From the NCBI GenBank assembly GCA_964016885.1, contig OZ024747.1, positions 51,894,001 to 51,958,000 on the forward strand: 64,000 bases of DNA, read 5' to 3'. Made by a program: the position numbers and the translations under genes. The notes below the pieces were generated by a model. The model ran no database searches, had not been told where the DNA came from, and worked only from the letters and a program-made list of their open reading frames with translations. This document shows positions 55,603-64,000 of the stretch, piece by piece. Position 1 is the stretch's first letter; the number at the start of each line of letters is the position of its first letter. This stretch comes from Eledone cirrhosa. Taxonomy: Eukaryota.

Positions 55603-55664
55603 ATTTTATTATATATATTTCAAGAGTACCAAAGAAACTTTGGGACGCTCTCATCAGATAAAAT
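55603..55664 (-). ncRNA. Type-I hammerhead ribozyme
   Basis: ATTTTAT CTGATGA GAGcGTcCCAAAG ttt CTTTGGtACTCTt GAAA TATATA TA^ATAAAAT. Confidence 0.85.
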
Positions 55665-56488
55665 ACAAAATTTGTTTTATAAATAGTAACATACTCGATA
55701 AACCAGACCTTATCAGTTCAGGTTCCATTTGGTTAGTGAAAGAAAAAGAGAAGGAAAAGACGTAGTTCTAGCGCGTATAAAGCATCCATAAAGCATCCTC
55801 TCTTCTTAACAACATAAATAATAAAGTTTCTATAATTTTCGTTAACTTAATGTTTTCTATCTTGATTGAACTATTTGAAGGTACAAAAAGTTCTTCTATA
55901 ATAAAATTCGAACTACGTATTTTTCTTAACTATATATTGAAAATGTAAACACAATATCCTTCGTAACCCATAAATTATATTTGAATTAATAACAGCATGT
56001 ATAATCACCAATAATATTTTTATTTTTATCTATTTATATAAATATGTATAGAATTGACTGGTTGTAATATAATAACTAAAGTGTACTTACAACCTTAATT
56101 CCTCATAAAATTTAATTATATAGATTATATATATAATATTATAACTAATGATTTGGTTATATATTTTAAAATTTGGGGATTAGTAATCTACCACTTCAAC
56201 ACAATTTTAATTTTTAATTTTTAAATATACTTGCACCCTAATAATAATTTCAGCCTATCTTTCTTCCTTCTTCTTCATCTTCTTCTTTTATAAAGTATCC
56301 TAATAATTATTTAAATTTACCTAGCGTCTAAGTATAACGATTTTTTCCAGTCTATGCTTCTACTTCATTTACATATCCATCCTAAAGATTTGAAATCTTT
56401 CTCTTTTTCTTTCATTATCCAAACGGAACCTGGCCCCCGATAAGGTCTGGTTTCTCGGGTATGTCAATATTTATAAAACAAATTTTGT

Positions 56489-56550
56489 ATTTTATCTGAT
56501 GAGCGCGTACTAAAGTTTTTGTGGTACCCGTGAAATATATATAATAAAAT
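56489..56550 (+). ncRNA. Type-I hammerhead ribozyme
   Basis: ATTTTAT CTGATGA GCGcGTAC...GTACcCGT GAAA TATATA TA^ATAAAAT. Confidence 0.85.
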
Positions 56551-56692
56551 AAATATGGTTTTATAAATATAGTTTCCATTTATTAATATCATTGATATAT
56601 ATATATATATATATTATATACATATAGATACATATATTTCTTCATTTGATGGTAATACATGGTAGATACATATATATATATACATATATATA

Positions 56693-56789
<97 letters not shown>

Positions 56790-56802
56790 TTATATATTTA
56801 TA

Positions 56803-56862
<60 letters not shown>

Positions 56863-57706
56863 TTATTATCTCCTAGACCTAATAATTAATTAATTAATTT
56901 AATTAGACATTTCTATTGATTGGTTAATTATTTATGTTTGTTTAATAACTTCTAGTCGAGAGCTTTCTTCGGTTTGTGGAATGGAATTAATTCCTTTGTT
57001 CACACTTTGAATTTGCCCGCCAAAAACGGGGGTTACTTCCCTTTGGGGAAAAAGTACGTGATCGTCAGTGGTTTACTGTTATGCTTCACACCGGTTCGGG
57101 GCACAGAACGGAAGCCTGTTGATAACGTGAGTCCACAATTCGGTCATCGAATACCACAAACATGCATACAGCGCAAGTAGGATTGTTGATTTCGGATTTC
57201 ATAGAAACCTATCGGAAATATTGCCTAATATCGATCGAGATGGTCCAGGTTTTTTTTCAATACCTGGTTGGTTTTTTCGTTGCTTTGGTTTCATGTGGCT
57301 GGATTCACCGGTCGCAGTTTCCAATGTGTCAAGCTATCTAACGTATGTTATTATTCTAAGGTGACACAACCTTATCGAGTGCTTTGCTGCGCATTCCTAA
57401 TTGTATATCGTTAGCTTGGCCACAGCCAAAACTTCGATTTTACTAAACTTCCATTTGTATACATACATACATATATATATATACATTATGAAGAGAGAAG
57501 AAACATTTAGATATAATTAGTAATAAAATGTTTCTTCTCTCTTCATAATGTATTTTTAACTCTGATACTGGTTCAGTCTAGTTCAACCGGATTGGTCTGT
57601 CCCAGTCATTCATTGAGCAACATCGGTAAGGTTGGCACCATTAACTCACGGTTGGATGTGGATGCATTCATGTATATGTGTGTGTCCGCATGTATCTGTG
57701 TGTTTC

Positions 57707-57771
<65 letters not shown>

Positions 57772-57802
57772 TTGTGTGTGTATATATGTGTATATATATA
57801 TA

Positions 57803-57834
<32 letters not shown>

Positions 57835-57839
57835 CACAT

Positions 57840-57898
<59 letters not shown>

Positions 57899-58899
57899 AA
57901 TATATACACACATATATATATATATATACATATACACACACATACATATATATATATATATATGAGTAACCCTTCTCCTGTTGTGTAGCATGCAAGTTGT
58001 TGTTTTGTTTTGTTTGTGGAAAATTTTGATCATTGAGAAGTTTAGAAAAACAACGTTTCGAATTTGTGTTGTTATTGTGTTGTTATGAAAGATGTTTGCT
58101 GTTGTTTCATTGTGCGACTCATGGTTGTGTAAACATATTCGTCGCTACCATCTAACATCACCACTACCACTAGAGCTATCATCATCATCGTCGTCATCAT
58201 CATCATCATCCTCATCACCATGGTCATCATCAACATCATCATGGTAGACATCATCGTCGTCAATGTCACCCCCCCCCCATCTTTGCTGCCGTCATCATCA
58301 TCATCATCATCATCATCACCATGGTCATCATCATGGTAGACATCATCGTCGTCAATGTCACCCCCACCCCCATCTTTGCTGCCGTCATCATCATCATCGT
58401 CATCATGAACGTAATCCTGTTGTTTATTTTTATAAATTTTAATTTAATGAAAATTTAAAATATAAAAACAATTCAAAACGTTGCCATCCCCCCACCCCCA
58501 TTCACCCCCACACACACACACACCAACCCTCACCCCACACCCACATCTACGCCCACACACCTACAGTCATACTCTACATCGCCACCCACACTCCTACTCT
58601 ACCCCCCCCCACCCTCACATATCAAAAACACACCAGATATGAACTATATATATATATAAAAAAAAACTATTTAATTAAAATAATGCACCAAGTCAGTGTA
58701 ACACGTGACTGATAGCTTATGGTAAGGTGGTGGTGGGGGTATTTGTGGTGGTGGTGGTAGTTGTATAAGTGGTGGTGGTGGCGTGTCTCGAAACTCTGAA
58801 GTCTAGAGTGGGAGATGAACTCAGCAGATCTTTATGTTTTAACTGCTGACGTCGAGGGTCGGATATTAAAAAAACATTAAATAATAATAATAAAATTAG

Positions 58900-59013
58900 A
58901 AGGACAGAAAGGAAAAAAACAGATGAAGATAGAGAGTAAGGGAGGGGGGATATTAGACAGGAATATAGAGAGATGGGTGAGAGAGAGATGGAAGCGAGAG
59001 AGAGAGAGATTGA

Positions 59014-59071
<58 letters not shown>

Positions 59072-59960
59072 TGATGAGGGGGAGAGAAAGATTGATGAGA
59101 GAGAGAGAGAGATTGATGAGGAAGAGAGAGAGATGGGGGAGAAACAAAGTGCAGGAAGGAGGGGTATAGAAAGACTGAGACATTGAGAGAGAGGATTAGA
59201 AAAAGAAGATGAGTCAGGGTAATAGAAGTATAGAGTGTGGTGAGAGAGGGAGAGGAAAAGCGAGAGAAAGAGGGGTTGAGAGAAGAATATCGAGAGATAA
59301 AGAGAGGGGGAGTGAGGTAAGGATATGCAGAGGTAAAGAGAGAGACGGGGAGTGAGGGAAGCATATAGGGAGATAAAGAGAGAGAGGGGAGTGAGGGAAG
59401 GATATAGGGAGATAAAGAGGAGAGGGGGAGTGAGAGAAGGATATAGTGAGATAAAGAGAGAGAGGGGAGTGAAGGAACGATATAGGGAGATAAAGAGAGA
59501 GAGGGGGAGTGAGGGAAGGATATAGGGAGATAAAGAGAGAGAGAGAGGCGGCGTGAAGGAAGGATATAGGGAGATAAAGCGAGAGAGGAGGAATGAAGAA
59601 AGGATATAAGGAGATAAAGAGAGAGAGGGGGAGTGAAGGAAGGATATAGAGAGATAAAGAGAGAGATGGGGTGTGAAGGAAGGCTATAGAGAGTTAAAGA
59701 GAGAGAGAGGGGGAGTGAAGGAAGGATATAGAGAGAGAGTGGGGGGGTGAAGGAATGATATAGAGAGTTAAGGAGAGAGGGGGGAGTGTAGGGAAGGATA
59801 TAGAGAGTTAAAGAGAGATATGGTGAGAGGAAAGGATATAAGAGGGATGAGAGGGAGCAGGAGGGAGAGATGGGAGACAGAAAGAAAAAGAGAGAAGGAC
59901 AGAAAGAAAGATAGAAAGCCGAAAGAGACAGAGAGAGAAAGTGAGAGATAGAGAGAGTGA
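58900..59960. repeat. Purine-rich (GA) degenerate minisatellite
   Basis: Recurring aggatatagggagataaagagagagagggggagtga. Confidence 0.85.
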
Positions 59961-60166
59961 TAGTGTGGTGGTAGTGGGGGGGGGGAGGTTGTCGACCTAG
60001 ATTCCCTTGAAGACATAATGTAAACATCGTAAGAGACTGTAGAAGGCGACAGGTACAACTTATATTTCATTATCACTTATGTTTCATATTGCACACTTGT
60101 GCACAGAAAACAACATTGTTACACATGGCAATAGATAACAGGTTACAGCGTGTTGCGGGGAGGGAT

Positions 60167-60217
<51 letters not shown>

Positions 60218-60390
60218 GATATTAACATATATTAATATATTTACTCCAAATACTTGTCGAGTGCTTTATATCAGTTATAAAAATATTTGCTTGTTGTATC
60301 CCAACAATTTAAATAGAACTTTTGCATATATATATATATATATATATGCCGCGTACTTTCTTTAATGAACATTATATATATATATGTAAG

Positions 60391-60421
<31 letters not shown>

Positions 60422-60429
60422 GTATGTAT

Positions 60430-60930
60430 GTAAGTATGTATGTATACAGACGTACAGTAGTATGTATATATATATACATACATGCACACATATATATATG
60501 CACGTATCGGTTTACCGAACAGTTATTATAATGCTCGGTTCGTTTGTTTGTAAACAAACAAACAGCCCGAATTACGCCGTACAGTATTTAGGCAACCACA
60601 TCACCTTTTTGTTCAACACTGACACATGAATGATGTGCTAGTTTCAAGCTTATTAGCTATCGTCAGCATCGTATACCTTCCTGCCAGATGGCCGAACGTC
60701 TGAAAGTATATACTTTCCTTATGCATATTAACGGCTGAGCAACCTAATTTGCAAACCGAGCATTATAATAAATGCTCGGTAAACCGATACGTGCATATAT
60801 ATGTGTGTGCATGTATGTATATATATATACATACTACTGTACGTCTGTATACATATATGTATGTATACATACATACATACTTACATTTAAGTAAGTGCCG
60901 TACTAAGAGTGAGAAATGAAATTTCGTTTC
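60430..60930. mobile_element. Fold-back element, family A, with mutated minus-strand HHR at 60631-60671
   Basis: Homologous to 7875-8450; CGATG CTGACGA tAGC..GCTt GAAAC TA GCA CATCA. Confidence 0.8.
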
Positions 60931-61179
60931 TATTCCATTTATATATATATATATGTATTAACATTGAACTAAAACCTGTTGAGAAAGTGGTTTCCTTGTT
61001 CAATCATCTTACCAGAAGCCTGACATTATTTATGTAAGCGGACGGTACTTGATTTATTAATATATTGATATTTACTCCCCATTGTTGAGTGCTTTATAAC
61101 AGTTATAAAACTTTTAAACTTGTTGAATCCCAACACATTAAATATAACTTCTGCATATATATATATATATATATATAAG

Positions 61180-61945
61180 ATCAAAAGATGGTTAAAAGAG
61201 TTCCAAATATTTTATTATGCGCATTTCAAAAACAAATATCATCATGAGATGATAACTGCGTTCTCATCTTTATTAGAGGATAGGTTTGAGATTCTTTTTT
61301 CAATATTACTGACTATACCATTTTTAATGTTAGTGGGGTGGTTAGATTTAAAATTAACATAATTTAGATTCTCATTGTTTTTATGGTAAGGGTAATATAG
61401 GCCAGTGTCAAGATTAAGGGATATATCCAAGAAGTTAGCTAGTTTGACGTTGTTATCAAATTCAATTTTAAGGTTATGGTGCTTAAAGAGATCACGTATA
61501 TTATTCTTAATAATATTAAGGTTAACTAAGTTGCAGTTTAATATAGTAAAAAGTCCATCGTCACAATAAATTCCACCCCGAAGTTGAAGAATTTTCCGAT
61601 TTAAAGAATTCAAAATAAAAATACCATTCAAATCAGTCAATTGCGATGAATCGGAAGCACCCACTGTGATATCAAAATTGTTGGAAGTATCGGCTCTAGT
61701 CCAGTATTCATTGTTGAATTCTAAGATAGTTTTTCTTGCAGTGAGAATGATGTAAAGTTCATCTGTGGTGATGTCAGAATATTTGAATGCCTAAGATAGA
61801 GCGTTGTTGAGGAGTGAAGGCGAAATAGGAGAATAGTAGCTGGCAATATCAAATTGAATAAATTTTTGTTTGTTTTTCTTATTCAGGTTGTTGAACTAGC
61901 AGCCAATTACTTCAGATGTACCAAACCATAAATTTAAGTTAGAAA
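61180..61945 (-). mobile_element. Internally deleted Naiad-type PLE: RT fragment fused to HHR-bearing 3' terminus
   Basis: FDIASYYSPIS, FDITVGASDSSQLTDL, GGIYCDDG, NFLDI, YVNFKSNHP; 61180-61268 matches 52412-52497. Confidence 0.85.
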
Positions 61946-61959
61946 TATATATATATATA

Positions 61960-62356
61960 TACTATAAAGTATGTCCATAGAATCATTTGATAATATATAT
62001 ATACACCATTTCCTCTCCCAATTAGCATAATTAACCACACAAAATAAACGTAATCCTGGTATGTGTATATGCATTTCTTCTAACTTTAATTTCTAACTTT
62101 AATTTTATACCTAATTGTGTATGGTTGACGGTATATTTAATCGATTTCCACGTGCTGTTGAAATGTTGGGTAAATATTCTATGGCGGTTGGCCGCGAAGA
62201 GATTGCTGTCGTTTATTTATCTACTATTTCTTCATAGGTGCCTTTTAATCTTATAACCTGGTCTAATTGATTTTTGTGTGGTTAATTATGTTAATTGGGA
62301 GAGGAAATGGTGTATATATATTATCAAATGAATCTATGGATATACTTTATAGTATA
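61960..62356. repeat. Inverted repeat, ~85-bp arms (61960-62045 and 62271-62356)
   Basis: atactataaagtat..ccatag.atcatttgataat..cacacaaaa and its reverse complement. Confidence 0.85.
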
Positions 62357-62467
62357 TTGCTCTGATTATTTAATTTATTAATTCATCATTGAGCCACATC
62401 GTGAATGGTTGCCAAAACACATATATATCTGTGTCTTTGTCTAGTTTGTGTATATGTAAATCTTTAG

Positions 62468-63896
62468 ATTAATCTACTGAATAAGGCACTAACTTACGCA
62501 TTTAAACATACAGACATAACTAACAATGAAATGCACATTACATTATCGGCACGGAAAACATTAATAGAATTTAATAACCAACTCTGGACTAGAGCAGATA
62601 GAAATAATAATTTCGACATAACTATGGGATCTGCAGACTCAGCTCAGGTAACGGACCTTGTGGGCCTATTTATAATTAATTCTCTACATAGAAAAATACC
62701 TGGTGTAACCGGAGGTTTATATCGTGACGATATGCTTTTACTTATAGAAAATAATAGCTGTGAACTAAATAGAAAAAGAAAACAAATTATACAATTTTTT
62801 AATTACCTTAATCTAAAAGTAGAAATAGAGAATAATCATAAAATAGTCAATTTTCTAGATGTAACACTAAATCTTAACACATGTCTTCATTATCCATTTC
62901 ACAAACTAAATGAGAACTTAAATTATGTTAATTTTAACTGTAATCACCCCAGATCCGTTAAAAATACTATAGTGAACTCTGTACAAGAACGAATTTCGAG
63001 AATTTCATCTAATAAGAATATATTTGATGAAAAGGCGCATTATTACAACGAAGCGTTAGGTAGAGCTGGGTATAGAAATAAAATTAAATACATCGATAAT
63101 AATAATAATAAAACAACTAACCATAATAATAACTATTTCAACTATGGTAACAATTTTAACAACTATAATAGAAAACCTTACAATAATTCCGAAAGCCGAA
63201 AAAGAAATAGAACTAGGAATATATTATGGTTCGCTCCTCCTTTCTCACTAAATATTAAAACCCCTATTGCTAAACTATTCTTTAAAGCTCTTGACAAATG
63301 CTTCCCTAGAACGCATAGATATTACTCAATTTTTAATAGACATACTATAAAATTAACTTACTCTTCCACCAAAAATTTAGCGCAAAATATTAATAGAATT
63401 AATAATAGAAATTTAAAACCTAACCAAAATACCAATAATAACCCAAGCAATATTCAATCGAATAATTGTAACTGTAGAAATAAATCCAACTGTCCGTTAA
63501 ATAACAATTGCTTAGCTAAAAATATAGTTTATAATTGTAATGTAAAAACTAATTTAAATTCATTTAATTATGTCGGATCTACCTCCACAGAGATTAAATC
63601 CCGCTTCAATAATCATAAAAATTATTTTACAGATCCAAACAAAAAAATCTTCAACTTCTCTATCTAACCTATTATGGGACCTAAAACGAGAAAATGTTGA
63701 ATATTCGCTGATTTGGAATATTATTTCATAAGCTACTCCTTTTAACTCCTCTTCAGAAAATTGCGATCTTTGTATAGAGGAAATATTCTTTATATTAAAG
63801 ACCAAAAATTCCCTGAATTTAAAGAATAATTTATTCAGTTGCTGCAGACATAAATTGAACTCAACGTTTAAATATAATTATAAATTTAAAATGTAG
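62468..63896 (+). mobile_element. 5'-truncated Naiad-type PLE ORF (RT plus GIY-YIG), with frameshift near 63645 and one premature stop
   Basis: FDITMGSADSAQVTDLVG, GLYRDD, WFAPPFS, CNCRNKSNCPLNNNC, IVY..YVGST..KSRFNNH, then CDLCIEE..SCCRH. Confidence 0.9.
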
Positions 63897-64000
63897 TATA
63901 TAATTAATTAATTAATTTGGTTAATATATGAAACCTGTCGATAATTCATTTGATTCCTTCATCTGTTTCATTTTCTTTGGTTAAGTACTCAAGTATAAAT

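Larger units (their letters stand above)
55557..56597. mobile_element. Fold-back HHR element, family B; ~195-bp inverted arms with ~650-bp spacer
   Basis: 55557-55752 is the reverse complement of about 56399-56597, with substitutions. Confidence 0.85.

Noticed and set aside
56950-57450. GC-richer unique segment, possibly a transposase remnant
   Set aside because: No motif recognised in the frames inspected; needs a database search
58717-60027. 436-aa Ser/Leu/Pro-rich ORF
   Set aside because: Mostly the pyrimidine strand of a GA-rich minisatellite
62468-63896. Selenocysteine-recoded Naiad ORF
   Set aside because: Some Naiads are reported to use UGA-Sec, but the visible Cys positions here are TGT/TGC and the interruptions are a frameshift and a TAA

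Overview
Repeat-dominated, AT-rich eukaryotic DNA. The abundant tRNA/CORE-type SINE resembles the octopus OR SINEs, so an octopod cephalopod is the likely source (inference). No intact, recognisable host protein-coding gene is visible, and nearly all ORF-track entries are artefacts of microsatellites or low-complexity DNA. Supported content: (i) Penelope-like retroelements (PLEs): a decayed Neptune-type RT+GIY-YIG copy at 39.4-41.1 kb and two Naiad-type copies at 61.3-63.9 kb; (ii) an R4/Dong-type RLE retrotransposon, several RTE-clade LINE 3' fragments and RTE-derived non-autonomous elements; (iii) three non-autonomous Helitrons; (iv) about 20 SINE copies; (v) tandem arrays with 87, 36, 23, 41, 24, 58 and 30 bp units. 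The most striking signal is absent from the ORF track: more than a dozen minimal type-I hammerhead ribozyme (HHR) motifs (stem I-CUGAnGA-stem II-GAAA-palindromic stem III-NUH-stem I') from several families. Most lie in non-coding fold-back elements next to (TA)n tracts, and several elements carry one HHR on each strand. A weaker hypothesis is a series of minus-strand terminal-exon-like islands encoding short tails, several with Tyr motifs. Coordinates were read by eye and may be off by a few bases.
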